Origin: an uncultured Thermotogaceae bacterium
GTDB taxonomy: Bacteria > Thermotogota > Thermotogae > MWEM01
Direction of reading: 5' to 3'
Assembly: GCA_964403295.1 (NCBI GenBank)
Contig: CAYOFT010000003.1
Coordinates: 1 to 63,145, forward strand
Length of the DNA: 63,145 bases
Positions 29,094 through 39,373 of the stretch are shown piece after piece. A program made the position numbers and the translations under genes. The notes under the pieces were generated by a model. That model did no database searches, was not told the DNA's origin, and saw nothing but the letters and a program-made list of their open reading frames with translations. Numbering within the stretch: position 1 is the first letter of the stretch; the number at the start of each line of letters is the position of its first letter.

Positions 29094-31444
29094 CAAAAGA
29101 GCACTCAATTTCTGTACGAGATGTCATCGGATTCCTTTATAGATCAGGCAATCTTGATAACAGATTCAACGCTCCGGATCTTTCAGAAAGGGGTAAACTT
29201 GGTGTAAAAGCTCATAAAAAAGTTCAAAAACAATACGAAGAAACCTTTCCGGGACAATTTGAAAGTGAAGTCTTTCTTAGTTGTTCTTTTAAAGAAAAAG
29301 ATTTGATGTTATCTCTTTTTGGGAGAGCTGACGCTATTCTTAAAAATAAAAAAGAAATCATCGTTGATGAAATCAAAACAACCCGAATTCCTTTAGAGGA
29401 TATTACAGATCTTTTGGATCAAAATCATCTCAGGCAATGCATGTGTTACGGCTATATGGTTCTATTAAAAGAAAAATTCGCAAAAATCGATTTGAGAATC
29501 ACATACTATAATATTGATGATGACGAAATGAAACATCTCTCTTTCACGTATTCAAAAGAATCCCTTACAGTATTTATCAATGAACTAATAACAGAATATA
29601 CCAAGTGGTTGTCAATAAAAGATGAATGGCTAAGCAAAAGAAATCAATCCATTAAGGGTCTTCACTTTCCATTTGAACGTTTTAGAGATGGGCAAAGAAA
29701 ACTTTCTGTAATGGTATACCATTCCATTAAAGATAAAAAAAAGCTTTTTGCTCAAGCACCAACAGGAACGGGCAAAACATTGGCAACTATTTTCCCTGCC
29801 CTAAAAGCAATGGGGAAAGGTCTTTCAGGTCCCCTTTTTTATTTTACTTCTAAAACTATCACTAGACAGGCGGTTGAAAATACCTTATCAATATTAAGAT
29901 CAAAAGGATTACAACTTAAATCAATTATAATCACAGCTAAAGAAAAAATGTGCATTAACAAAGAATATAAATGCAATCCTTATAATTGTCCTTTTGCAAA
30001 GGGGCATTTTGACAGAATTAATAAAGCACTCAAGGACATTGTATCTCGAAATGAACATTTTAGTACAAGCCTTATTCAAGAGCATGCCCAAGTACATCAA
30101 GTTTGTCCTTATGAATTGGCACTTGATCTGTCGGAATTTACAGATTGCGTCATCTGTGATTATAATTATTTATTTGATCCTCGAGCTTATTTGAGAAGGT
30201 ATTTTGAAGAAAAAGGGAATTATATTTTTCTTATAGACGAGGCTCATAATCTTCCGGACAGGGCCAGAGACATGTACTCTTCATCTCTATCATTAAAAAC
30301 GCTGAGAGAATTAATAGAAGCCATGAAAAACAGCAAATCAAAAATCGTAAAATACACAAAAAAGCTTGAAACAGAGGCTTCTTATTATTTTTTGAATGAA
30401 GGATCTGAACAAAAGTGGTCAACAAAAAAACCGCCTGAAGATCTTAAAATTCCACTTGAAGAAACATTAAGGGAAATTGCAGCATACCTTATGACTCCAG
30501 GCTATGATTCATTGAAGGAACAATTGACAGATTATTTTTTTGCGTTAAATACCTTCAACGATACCATGGAGAGATATACCGAACAATATATTTCTATCTA
30601 CGATTCGAAATACGAATCTGTTACTTTATATTGCGTTGATCCCTCCAATCATATTAGAGAAATGTTAGAAAAAGGCAACTCTTGTATCCTCTTTTCCGCA
30701 ACATTGTCTCCATTGGATTATTATAAGCAACTTTTCGGTGCGACAGAGGAAGATTATTCACTTATTTTAAAATCACCATTTAACCAACAAAGACTGTGTT
30801 TGCTTGTTAATTCAAAGATTTCAACCAAATACAATGCAAGACCATACTCTGCAGAATCAATTGTTGAAAATATCCATTTAATAACATCTCATAAAGGTAA
30901 TTACATGGTCTTTTTCCCTTCATATAAATATTTGGATATGATTTACGATGCTTTTAGTCAAAAATACCCACATATCCAAACCAGTAAGCAAACACCTTTT
31001 ATGAGTGAAAATGAACGAGAATCTTTTCTTGAATCTTTTAAACACTCCCCTAAAAAAACGCTTGTGGGATTTGTTCTGATGGGAGGAATTTTTGGAGAAG
31101 GAATCGATTTAATTGGAAGTAGATTAAGCGGTGCTGTCATCGTTGGAGTAGGATTACCTCAAATCGGTTTTGACAGAGATATTATCAAAAACTATTATCA
31201 GGAGAAATTAGGGAAGGGATGGGAGTTTGCCTATATAATTCCCGGTGCAAATAAAGTTATGCAGGCCGTGGGTCGAGTGATTCGTTCACATGAAGATAAA
31301 GGTGTTGTGATGCTTATCGATGAGCGATTCATTCATAACCCTTATCCTTCAATATTTCCAGCTGACTGGTCACATGCTGTCAGTATAAGAGACGAAAGGG
31401 AAATGAAAAAGATCTTAAAAGACTTTTGGAATAAAGACCACTAG
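29090..31444 (+). CDS. DinG/Rad3-family Fe-S helicase with N-terminal PD-(D/E)xK nuclease-like domain
   Basis: GRADAI...DEIKT; APTGTGKT; Cys cluster MCINKEYKC..NCPF...CPYE; DEAH; QAVGRVIR; TTGA overlap with the CHAT stop. Confidence 0.9.
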   Translation: MTKEHSISVRDVIGFLYRSGNLDNRFNAPDLSERGKLGVKAHKKVQKQYEETFPGQFESEVFLSCSFKEKDLMLSLFGRADAILKNKKEIIVDEIKTTRIPLEDITDLLDQNHLRQCMCYGYMVLLKEKFAKIDLRITYYNIDDDEMKHLSFTYSKESLTVFINELITEYTKWLSIKDEWLSKRNQSIKGLHFPFERFRDGQRKLSVMVYHSIKDKKKLFAQAPTGTGKTLATIFPALKAMGKGLSGPLFYFTSKTITRQAVENTLSILRSKGLQLKSIIITAKEKMCINKEYKCNPYNCPFAKGHFDRINKALKDIVSRNEHFSTSLIQEHAQVHQVCPYELALDLSEFTDCVICDYNYLFDPRAYLRRYFEEKGNYIFLIDEAHNLPDRARDMYSSSLSLKTLRELIEAMKNSKSKIVKYTKKLETEASYYFLNEGSEQKWSTKKPPEDLKIPLEETLREIAAYLMTPGYDSLKEQLTDYFFALNTFNDTMERYTEQYISIYDSKYESVTLYCVDPSNHIREMLEKGNSCILFSATLSPLDYYKQLFGATEEDYSLILKSPFNQQRLCLLVNSKISTKYNARPYSAESIVENIHLITSHKGNYMVFFPSYKYLDMIYDAFSQKYPHIQTSKQTPFMSENERESFLESFKHSPKKTLVGFVLMGGIFGEGIDLIGSRLSGAVIVGVGLPQIGFDRDIIKNYYQEKLGKGWEFAYIIPGANKVMQAVGRVIRSHEDKGVVMLIDERFIHNPYPSIFPADWSHAVSIRDEREMKKILKDFWNKDH

Positions 31445-31506
31445 ATCAAAGTTATAATAAAACCAGTGTTTTTTAACAGTATCCATGATTTGAGAAGGGA
31501 GTTCAA

Positions 31507-32289
31507 ATGAAAATTTTTATATTAGGTGCAGGAAAAATGGGGAAATGGTTTGCTGAAGAATTAAACCATCAACACGAAGTAGCTATTTATGATGCTGATT
31601 CAAGACAAATGAAACATCTTTTTAATGTGCAGCGTTTTAAAAAACCGGATGAAATAAAAGCTTTCAACCCGGAACTTGTTATCAATTGTGTGAGTCTCAA
31701 CAACACTATTAAGGCATTCGAGGAAATAGAACCATTCATTTCTGATCTAGCAATTCTTTCAGACATTACTTCTGTTAAATACGGTTTGGAAAACTATTAC
31801 AAGAAAAACAGCCAACACCCTTTTGTATCGACACATCCAATGTTCGGCCCTACATTTGCCAATATTAGCGATTTAACTTCAGAAAATGCCGTTATTATTA
31901 AAGAGTCAGATGCCTTTGGAAAATCATTTTTTAAAGACTTTTTTTCTTCTCTAAAACTCAATCTTTACGAATACTCTTTTGAAGAGCATGACAAAACAAT
32001 GGCATATTCTTTGGCAACACCGTTTATCTCATCTCTTATCTTTGGTGGTTGTTTAAAGGAAAAAACCGTTCCAGGAACAACTTTCAAAAAACAAATGCAT
32101 ATCGCACAAAATCTCATGCGAGAAGATGATTATCTTCTTTCAGAAATACTCTTTAATCCTTATACCATCCAACAAATAGAACACATACATTCTCAACTAA
32201 CAGCTTTAACAGACATCATTGAAAGAAGAGACTTTAACAATATGAAAGAATACCTGGATACTATACGCCAAAATATAAGCAACACTTAA
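31507..32289 (+). CDS. tyrA: Prephenate dehydrogenase (monofunctional)
   Basis: GAGKMG, DITSVK, HPMFGP, EEHDKTMA. Confidence 0.85.
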   Translation: MKIFILGAGKMGKWFAEELNHQHEVAIYDADSRQMKHLFNVQRFKKPDEIKAFNPELVINCVSLNNTIKAFEEIEPFISDLAILSDITSVKYGLENYYKKNSQHPFVSTHPMFGPTFANISDLTSENAVIIKESDAFGKSFFKDFFSSLKLNLYEYSFEEHDKTMAYSLATPFISSLIFGGCLKEKTVPGTTFKKQMHIAQNLMREDDYLLSEILFNPYTIQQIEHIHSQLTALTDIIERRDFNNMKEYLDTIRQNISNT

Positions 32290-32321
32290 TGGCTTATTCC
32301 ATACCAAGGGGGGTAAAATCA

Positions 32322-33305
32322 TTGAAAATTAGTGTTTTGGGATTTGGAAGTTGGGGAACATCAATATCCAATCTCCTTGCAATGAAGGGTTACGATATCG
32401 TCAGTTGGACTAAAGACGAACGGGTCATCGAAAGCATGCGATGGCATGAGAATCCTTATTATTTTCCAGGTAAGCAATTGCCGGAAAATATTCAAATAAC
32501 AAACAATCTTAAAACAGCCACAACTGCCGCCGAAATCATTGTAATAGCTATCCCGACTCAGGCATTGAGATCGGTGTTATCGCAAATAGATCTCTCAGGA
32601 AAAACCATCATTAACTTGTCAAAAGGCATAGAGATTCAAACGGGAAAATTCATTCATCAGATATTCCAAGAACTATTTGGTCATAAAATAACCTATTGTT
32701 CACTTTCCGGACCAACACATGCTGAAGAGGTAATGGAACTCGTCCCGACCAACATTGTAGCAGCAAGCGTAGATGTTGAAACTTTGAAGTCTGTCCAGAA
32801 AATTTTCAGCACACAAACTTTTAGAGTCTATACCAATAAGGATATCCTGGGTGTTGAACTTTGTGGCGCTCTTAAAAACATCTATGCCATTGCAGCGGGT
32901 ATCATAGATGGATTGGGACCTTGGGATAATACCAAAGCGGCATTAATTACAAGGGCATTGATGGAAATAAGACGATTTGGAGAGGTTCTCGGAGCCAAAA
33001 GAGAAACTTTTATGGGTCTTTCTGGCATAGGCGATATGATAGTAACTTGCACCAGCCAACACAGTAGAAATCGGTTTGTTGGGGAAGAAATAGGGAAGGG
33101 GAAAAACATCGAAGAAATCCTAGGAAATATGCATATGGTAGCTGAGGGAGTTTATACCGTTAAAGCATTAAGAAAAATGTTAAGCGATAATAAAACCGAA
33201 ATGCCTATCGCAGAAAAAATCTATCAAGTAATTTATGAAAACAGTGATCCCCTAAAATGCATCAAAGATCTCATGGAAAGGGAATTAAAGCCTGAATTCT
33301 GGTAA
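32322..33305 (+). CDS. gpsA: NAD(P)H-dependent glycerol-3-phosphate dehydrogenase
   Basis: GFGSWGT, LSKGIE, SGPTHA, GALKN, GLSGIGD, SRN; TTG start after AGGGGGG. Confidence 0.95.
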   Translation: MKISVLGFGSWGTSISNLLAMKGYDIVSWTKDERVIESMRWHENPYYFPGKQLPENIQITNNLKTATTAAEIIVIAIPTQALRSVLSQIDLSGKTIINLSKGIEIQTGKFIHQIFQELFGHKITYCSLSGPTHAEEVMELVPTNIVAASVDVETLKSVQKIFSTQTFRVYTNKDILGVELCGALKNIYAIAAGIIDGLGPWDNTKAALITRALMEIRRFGEVLGAKRETFMGLSGIGDMIVTCTSQHSRNRFVGEEIGKGKNIEEILGNMHMVAEGVYTVKALRKMLSDNKTEMPIAEKIYQVIYENSDPLKCIKDLMERELKPEFW

Positions 33306-33335
33306 TATAAACTTAGATGGAACTAATCTATATAA

Positions 33336-34082
33336 TCAATCTTTTCTTAACTTATTCAAAGCCTCTTGCATACTTTGATGAATTGTGGATTCATACAGTT
33401 CATATGAATCATATGCATCGGGATGAACCGCTTTCAGGATAATCGCTTGAACATTGGCAGGTCGAACAATCCAACTTTTTTTTGGCATAGCATTACCTGT
33501 TCCATCCACAACCACCGGTAAAAGTGGTTTTTTACTTTTATAGGCTATTTTCAGACTTCCCGGAGCAAACGGAGCAATCAATCCGTCTTTTGTTCTAGTA
33601 CCCTCAGGAAAGATCCCTATACACTCTCCGGCTTTTAAAAATTCCAAGATCTTTCTTAATGCTTTCACGGCATTTTTCGGATCTTCACGGTCAATGGTAA
33701 TACAAAATAATTGCATTGCCTCTTTGAAAAAAGGAGCGTGATTTAGTTCTTCTTTTGCTAATAGAAATATATTTTCGGATATGTACCCCAAAACCAGCAT
33801 TGGATCAAGATAACTTTGATGATTCATACAGATAATGTAATTATCTTTATCAGGAAGATTCTCAATATCTTGAATTTTCGGATGAATACCACACCAAGTA
33901 AATAATTTCCTGGAAAAAGCTGGGGATCTCTTTCTTATGTAGCTTTGGGCGGCTTCTTTCCCTTTATTTTTTTCTATTTTCAGTGCTTTTTTCAATTGGA
34001 CATAACCATACAAGAGAAGGATTATTGCTGCAAAAAAATAATAGATCTTGTAGAAAAAAAAGGCAATTTTATTCATTTTCAA
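33336..34082 (-). CDS. plsC: 1-acyl-sn-glycerol-3-phosphate acyltransferase
   Basis: NHQSYLD, FPEGTR; start TTG 34082 or ATG 34076 after AGGAG. Confidence 0.9.
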   Translation of the reverse strand: MKMNKIAFFFYKIYYFFAAIILLLYGYVQLKKALKIEKNKGKEAAQSYIRKRSPAFSRKLFTWCGIHPKIQDIENLPDKDNYIICMNHQSYLDPMLVLGYISENIFLLAKEELNHAPFFKEAMQLFCITIDREDPKNAVKALRKILEFLKAGECIGIFPEGTRTKDGLIAPFAPGSLKIAYKSKKPLLPVVVDGTGNAMPKKSWIVRPANVQAIILKAVHPDAYDSYELYESTIHQSMQEALNKLRKD

Positions 34083-34120
34083 TATTGCTCTCCTTTGATT
34101 AGATGAAAAACATTCAAAAT

Positions 34121-34153
34121 AAAAAGGGGGCAATATATTGCATTGCCCCTCTT
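34121..34153 (-). terminator. Intrinsic terminator after argF
   Basis: GGGGCAAT / ATTGCCCC stem, followed on the minus strand by a T run. Confidence 0.75.
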
Positions 34154-34168
34154 ATTACACACAGTATT

Positions 34169-35110
34169 TTATGGTGTTACTAATGCCAAAATGGCTTTGA
34201 TCGAATGCATCCTGTTTGCAGCCTCGTCAAAAATTACACTTCTGGGGTTATGGGCAACTTCATGTGTACATTCTTCTCCATAATGAGCAGGCAGGCAGTG
34301 CATAAAAATGGCTGTTGGCTTTGCCTTGTTGAATTTCTCCATATCTACCTGATAGGCCAGGAATTTCTTCTTCTTTTCTTCAGCTTCCGCTTCCTGCCCC
34401 ATACTTGCCCATACATCTGTATAGACAATATCCGCATCAACGATTCCTTCATTAACATCATTAGTGACATTTATCTTTGATCCGGTATTGTATTGTTTGA
34501 CAATTGCGTTTGCATCGTTGATGACATCATCAGTTGGCTCGAACCCTGGTGCAGTAATGGCTGTTATGTGAGTTCCCATAAGCGCTGCGGAGAAAATTGT
34601 AGAATTACATACATTATTTCCATCACCAATATAAGCTATTTTTAACCCCTCAAAACGTCTGAATTTTTCATAAATGGTTAAAAAGTCTCCCAAAGCCTGT
34701 GTAGGATGTTCATAATCACACAGTCCGTTAATAACAGGAACACTAGCATATTCAGCAAGCTCTTTGATCGTTTTGTTTTCAAACACACGTGCCATAATCA
34801 CATCAACCATTCCTGAAAGCACTTTTGCGATATCTTCAGTCGTTTCTCTTTGTCCCAGTTTGATATCATCAGGACCAAGGTAAATCCCATGTCCACCCAA
34901 ATGTGTCATTGAAGATTCAAAAGAAACCCTTGTCCTGAGTGAAGGTTTCTGAAAAATCTCAGCAAGTGTTTTGTTTTTTAAAATTTCTGGTCTTTGGCCA
35001 ATATTCAAGCCGGTTTTCAATGAAATTGCCGTTTCAATAAACTGGAAAAATTCCTCCGGTGTTAAATCTTTAATGCTAATCAGGTCTCTTCCCTTAAGGT
35101 TTACTGACAT
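34169..35110 (-). CDS. argF: Ornithine carbamoyltransferase
   Basis: KPSLRTR, HPTQ, GDGNN, DVWASMG, HCLP. Confidence 0.92.
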   Translation of the reverse strand: MSVNLKGRDLISIKDLTPEEFFQFIETAISLKTGLNIGQRPEILKNKTLAEIFQKPSLRTRVSFESSMTHLGGHGIYLGPDDIKLGQRETTEDIAKVLSGMVDVIMARVFENKTIKELAEYASVPVINGLCDYEHPTQALGDFLTIYEKFRRFEGLKIAYIGDGNNVCNSTIFSAALMGTHITAITAPGFEPTDDVINDANAIVKQYNTGSKINVTNDVNEGIVDADIVYTDVWASMGQEAEAEEKKKKFLAYQVDMEKFNKAKPTAIFMHCLPAHYGEECTHEVAHNPRSVIFDEAANRMHSIKAILALVTP

Positions 35111-35135
35111 ACCACACCTCCGTAGTAAAATAAAA

Positions 35136-36071
35136 TTATTTGGTTCTCTCTAAGGCAACTGAGGCAGCTCCGAGAATTGCCCCCTTTTCCTTTAATTCGC
35201 TGATAATTATATCATAAGAATGAGATAAAGATGGATAGGTATGTTCATGAGCAACTTGCCTAACTTCTTTAAGGAAAATATCACTGGCTCTTGAAATACC
35301 TCCTGAGAGGATAATCAAATCAGGATTAAATATATTGACCATAGAACCAATACCGATCCCAAGTCCCCAGTTAAATTTTCTAACCACAAGCGTTGCTAAC
35401 CGATCTCCCTCTTTAAAAGCATCAAAAATGGCCTTTGCATCAACCGGTCCATTACCCGAATATTTGAAAACAAGCGAATCAGGATAACGTTCTTGAAAGA
35501 TTTTTACCCACTCACGCATTCCCGTGACAGACGAAAAAGTTTCGAGACATCCTTTGCTGCCACAACTGCATACAGGGCCGCTGGGATCAACAATCATATG
35601 GCCGATTTCTCCGCCATATCCATGTCCTCCCACAATGAGATGTCCCTCTGTATACGCTCCGCCTCCCACACCTGTACCTAATGTAACGACGATAAAGTTA
35701 TCGATGTTTCTTGCGGAACCGAACCATCTTTCACCCAAAGCAGCTGCCTTAGCATCGTTTTCGAGATAGGCATCATAACCCGTACTCTCTTTTATCATCC
35801 TCACCAGTTCTACACCATTTAAAGCTGTAATATTGTTTGCGTATGTTATCACACCATTTTCTCTGTCAATTGAACCTGGGGACCCTATTCCAACCTTTAC
35901 AAGTTCTCCTTGAGCAATTTCTCTTATTAAACCGATAATTCTATTACAAATCATTTTTGTGCCTTCATTCACAAGTGTTTTAGTTGTTTTTTGTCTGGTT
36001 ATTTCACCACTTTCATCAACAAGCGCGGCTTTAATATTTGTTCCTCCCAGATCAACTCCCACAATTTTCAT
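35136..36071 (-). CDS. ROK family sugar kinase (glucokinase-like)
   Basis: DLGGT, ENDA, GTGVGGG, GEIGH, CSCGSKGCLE. Confidence 0.93.
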   Translation of the reverse strand: MKIVGVDLGGTNIKAALVDESGEITRQKTTKTLVNEGTKMICNRIIGLIREIAQGELVKVGIGSPGSIDRENGVITYANNITALNGVELVRMIKESTGYDAYLENDAKAAALGERWFGSARNIDNFIVVTLGTGVGGGAYTEGHLIVGGHGYGGEIGHMIVDPSGPVCSCGSKGCLETFSSVTGMREWVKIFQERYPDSLVFKYSGNGPVDAKAIFDAFKEGDRLATLVVRKFNWGLGIGIGSMVNIFNPDLIILSGGISRASDIFLKEVRQVAHEHTYPSLSHSYDIIISELKEKGAILGAASVALERTK

Positions 36072-36075
36072 AGAC

Positions 36076-36648
36076 TTACCCCTTTCTTTTCAAAATCTCT
36101 ATCTTAACCGTTGAATATAAATGTTTATCTTCAACAGTATAATACTCGTTGTTGTCAAAATTAAATTCTTTATAAGATTCAACAATGATTCTTCCACCGG
36201 GTTTGAGTATTTTTTGTGTGTTGAGAAAAATTTTCATAATACGAAAATAATGTTTTTCATTAAAAGGCGGATCAATAAAAATGATATCGTACATTTCAGG
36301 GGGATTCATTAAGAATCTTATCACATCTTTTTTTATTATTCTAACATTATCGGTAACCTGTAACTTCTGTACATTGTTTTTCAATGCTTTAATGGCTTTG
36401 TCAGATATATCAACAAAGGTTGAAAAAGTAGCTCCTCGACTTAATGCTTCGAATCCCATTTGACCACTGCCGGCACACAAATCTAAAAAATGAGCATCTA
36501 ATACCGATCGTTTTGACTCAAGAATCGAAAATATAGCATTTTTGACCTTTGAAGGTGTGTATTTTGTCCGATTATCTTCAACCTGTTGTATCTTTTGATT
36601 TTTATATTTTCCGGAAACGATTGTTAAAGTATTCATTTTCTTATTCAC
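36076..36648 (-). CDS. rsmD: 16S rRNA m2G966 methyltransferase
   Basis: LDLCAGSGQMGFEALSRGA, DPPF. Confidence 0.9.
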   Translation of the reverse strand: MNKKMNTLTIVSGKYKNQKIQQVEDNRTKYTPSKVKNAIFSILESKRSVLDAHFLDLCAGSGQMGFEALSRGATFSTFVDISDKAIKALKNNVQKLQVTDNVRIIKKDVIRFLMNPPEMYDIIFIDPPFNEKHYFRIMKIFLNTQKILKPGGRIIVESYKEFNFDNNEYYTVEDKHLYSTVKIEILKRKG

Positions 36649-36664
36649 CTGAAATTTTATGCAG

Positions 36665-37525
36665 TTACTTTAAAAAATTCATCTTTGGAACTAATATCTC
36701 TTCCAAAATATCATCTATCTCTTTACGTGATTTATTAAATCTGGAAATGAACGGTTTTAAATTCGACAGGAATTTGGTCAATCGTTCAAATTTTATATAG
36801 AAGGTCGTCAAAACATTTGGTACACCGTTTAACATTTCACCCTCCGAAGGCAAGAAAATGTTAGGATAGGTTTTAGCAATAATGTGATTAATCATAGCGG
36901 CAATCGCTCTGTCTTCATTTTCTGTGTTTTGTGAGCTTTTTGGCATCCTCAATGAAAACAGTGCTTTTTCATCGCTAAAATCAAAGCGATATCCTTCTTC
37001 TGTCCACATTTCATATGCGGTCAGAATTTTGATGAATTTTTCCTCCGAAAACAAACCGGCTGCTGAAAGTAAATTCTTGCCATAGACACCCTCACGATTT
37101 AACAATTCTATTGTTTCTTTCTTTTTACCAACTATTGAAAATGAGGGCACCGGAACAGGTTCAGAGAACAAGCCTAAAAACATTTTCAAACTGGATTCAT
37201 TTGGTTGTGGGATGTGCAATCTTCTAAATAATTCTCTATATTCTTCAACAAATTCTTGAGGGATCGAAATCTTTTTATTTGCTAATGCCTTTCTTGACGC
37301 ATCTTTTGTGGTAGAAAGGCCAATGATAAAAGGGCCGTTTTTGGAAACATAGATAAACAACGAAGGAAATCCCTTTGTACAAAGAAACAATCCTAGAAAT
37401 CTTTTTCCTTTTGTTTCTGAAGAAAAAAAACTCTTGAATGAATATTCATTAATGGTGTTAATAAAAATTCTTTGCAAGTCTTCTGTCACTGTTTTTGGTC
37501 CCAGTTTAATGAATTCATCGCTCAT
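36665..37525 (-). CDS. Hypothetical protein (possibly a Thermotogota-specific DUF)
   Basis: 286-aa ORF in a minus-strand operon between recQ and rsmD; no confident motif. Confidence 0.6.
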   Translation of the reverse strand: MSDEFIKLGPKTVTEDLQRIFINTINEYSFKSFFSSETKGKRFLGLFLCTKGFPSLFIYVSKNGPFIIGLSTTKDASRKALANKKISIPQEFVEEYRELFRRLHIPQPNESSLKMFLGLFSEPVPVPSFSIVGKKKETIELLNREGVYGKNLLSAAGLFSEEKFIKILTAYEMWTEEGYRFDFSDEKALFSLRMPKSSQNTENEDRAIAAMINHIIAKTYPNIFLPSEGEMLNGVPNVLTTFYIKFERLTKFLSNLKPFISRFNKSRKEIDDILEEILVPKMNFLK

Positions 37526-37533
37526 TGTTTTAA

Positions 37534-39315
37534 CTATCCTTTATGTGATTTAATCAATTGAAGAAACCTTTCCCCATATTTTATTAACTTCTTCTCTCCT
37601 ACTCCTTTTATCTTTAGAAAAGCTTCAAAAGTATTTGGCTTCATTAAGCTCATTTCATTCAAAGAATAATCGTGAAATACTACGTATGGAGGAACGTTTT
37701 CTTCGATTGAAATAGTTTTTCTCAACTTCTTCAATTCATCGTATAACTGAGTATTTTGTTTTCTTTCCTCTTTTATCAAAGAGGTTTTTTTTACTATTCT
37801 TTTTTTCCCTTTTAATACTTCCCAGGAATTTTTGTTCAATTTCAGAATTGGATATAACCCAATGCTTACTTCCAAATAGCCTTCTGCAGATAAAAAATTG
37901 ATCAATTCTCTAATATCCACTTCTTTAAATTCTTGCAAGATAGCGTAAGTTGATAAACTTTCAAATCCCTTGAGCTTTATTTTTGAGCTTTTGGAACCTT
38001 TTAAAACTTTGGCAACTGTGGAGGCCCCATAGGATTGATTCATCCTGTAAACACATGACAAAATCTTTTGTGCTTCAATGGTTATATCCATTTCAATGAG
38101 ATTCTCATCCAGACAGTTTAGGCAATTCTGACAATCACTTTCACTTGTCTCACCAAAATACAGCGCCATTGATTGCCATAAACACTCATGGGTATGACAA
38201 AAATTAATCATATCCTGTAATTTAGATGTTGCAATTATTTGCCTTTCCTCAGTTAAATCGGATTTCTCGATTAAAAACCTTTGGATTCTTTTATCCACTT
38301 CACTGTACAATAAATAGGCCTGTGAAGGTTCTCCATCACGTCCAGCTCTTCCAATTTCCTGATAATACGATTCAATCGTTTTAGGCATATTGTAATGAAC
38401 GATATAACGTATGTTAGGTTTATCAATACCCATACCAAATGCGTTTGTCGCAACCATTAAATCAATATCTTCAAGAATAAATGAGTCCTGCATTTCTTTT
38501 CTTTGCTCAGGATTCATACCAGCATGATATTTACCAATTCTTATGTTTCTCTTTTTTAGGTAGTTGTATAATTCGTCAACTGTTTTTCTTGTTGCACAAT
38601 ACACAATCCCCGTTTCCCCTTGCTTTTTATTAATTAAATCGTCTAGAAATTGTCGTTTGTTTTTTCCTTTAACAACCTCAATATAAATGTTTGATCGTTT
38701 CAAGCCCAAATTGAAAATCTCTGGAAGATTCAATCCTAACAAATGCCTAATATCTTTTCTAACTGCTTTAGTTGCAGTAGCAGTAAAAGCACTTAAAACA
38801 GGCTGTCCAGATAAATTACCGACGAAATCTTTAATCAATTTATAGCTTGGACGAAAATCATGACCCCATTGGGAAACACAGTGGGCTTCATCAACTGCTA
38901 CCTGTTCAATTTCAACAGATGAAACTCCCTTAAGAAATATTTCTGTGTTCAATCTTTCTGGAGCAATATACAATATTTTACAAGTTCCGTCTATAAAATC
39001 TTTTGTTCTTTCACGAATTTCCTCAGCTGACAAACTACTGTTAATATATGTTGCATGAATATCCATTGATTTCAAGGTATCAACTTGATCCTTCATTAAA
39101 GAAATGAGTGGTGATATCACAATACTTTTTCCCTCGAAAATCAAAGCGGGTATTTGAAAGCATAATGATTTTCCTGCACCAGTTGGCATGATGGCGATTG
39201 TATCCTTTTTCATCAAAAGAGATTCTATGATTTCTCTTTGACCTTTTCTAAAATAATCGTATCCGTAGTATTTTTTTAATATCTGTTCAGGGTTCAAGTT
39301 TTTCAGATTTATCAA
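37534..39315 (-). CDS. recQ: ATP-dependent DNA helicase RecQ
   Basis: MPTGAGKS, DEAHCVSQWGHDFRPSY, QEIGRAGRDG, Zn-binding Cys, RQC and HRDC (PPYVVFHD) domains. Confidence 0.96.
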   Translation of the reverse strand: MINLKNLNPEQILKKYYGYDYFRKGQREIIESLLMKKDTIAIMPTGAGKSLCFQIPALIFEGKSIVISPLISLMKDQVDTLKSMDIHATYINSSLSAEEIRERTKDFIDGTCKILYIAPERLNTEIFLKGVSSVEIEQVAVDEAHCVSQWGHDFRPSYKLIKDFVGNLSGQPVLSAFTATATKAVRKDIRHLLGLNLPEIFNLGLKRSNIYIEVVKGKNKRQFLDDLINKKQGETGIVYCATRKTVDELYNYLKKRNIRIGKYHAGMNPEQRKEMQDSFILEDIDLMVATNAFGMGIDKPNIRYIVHYNMPKTIESYYQEIGRAGRDGEPSQAYLLYSEVDKRIQRFLIEKSDLTEERQIIATSKLQDMINFCHTHECLWQSMALYFGETSESDCQNCLNCLDENLIEMDITIEAQKILSCVYRMNQSYGASTVAKVLKGSKSSKIKLKGFESLSTYAILQEFKEVDIRELINFLSAEGYLEVSIGLYPILKLNKNSWEVLKGKKRIVKKTSLIKEERKQNTQLYDELKKLRKTISIEENVPPYVVFHDYSLNEMSLMKPNTFEAFLKIKGVGEKKLIKYGERFLQLIKSHKG

Positions 39316-39373
39316 CGAAGAGCAGAACTCCTTGATTTAGAATAATGGTTGGTTTTTATCATGCTAAAAATAA

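Noticed and set aside
24184-31444. Type III-E (Craspase) or type IV CRISPR locus suggested by TPR-CHAT, sigma, Cas4-like nuclease and DinG
   Set aside because: No repeat-spacer array and no Cas7/Cas5/Cas6/Cas7-11/Cas1 genes are visible anywhere in the window
24114-31506. Mobile element or prophage boundaries around the cassette
   Set aside because: No integrase, transposase, tRNA target or flanking direct/inverted repeats seen; compositional shift not computed
34169-35110. N-acetyl/N-succinyl-ornithine transcarbamylase suggested by SLRTR instead of STRTR
   Set aside because: DVWASMG ornithine-binding loop and HPTQ are intact, as in ordinary OTCases
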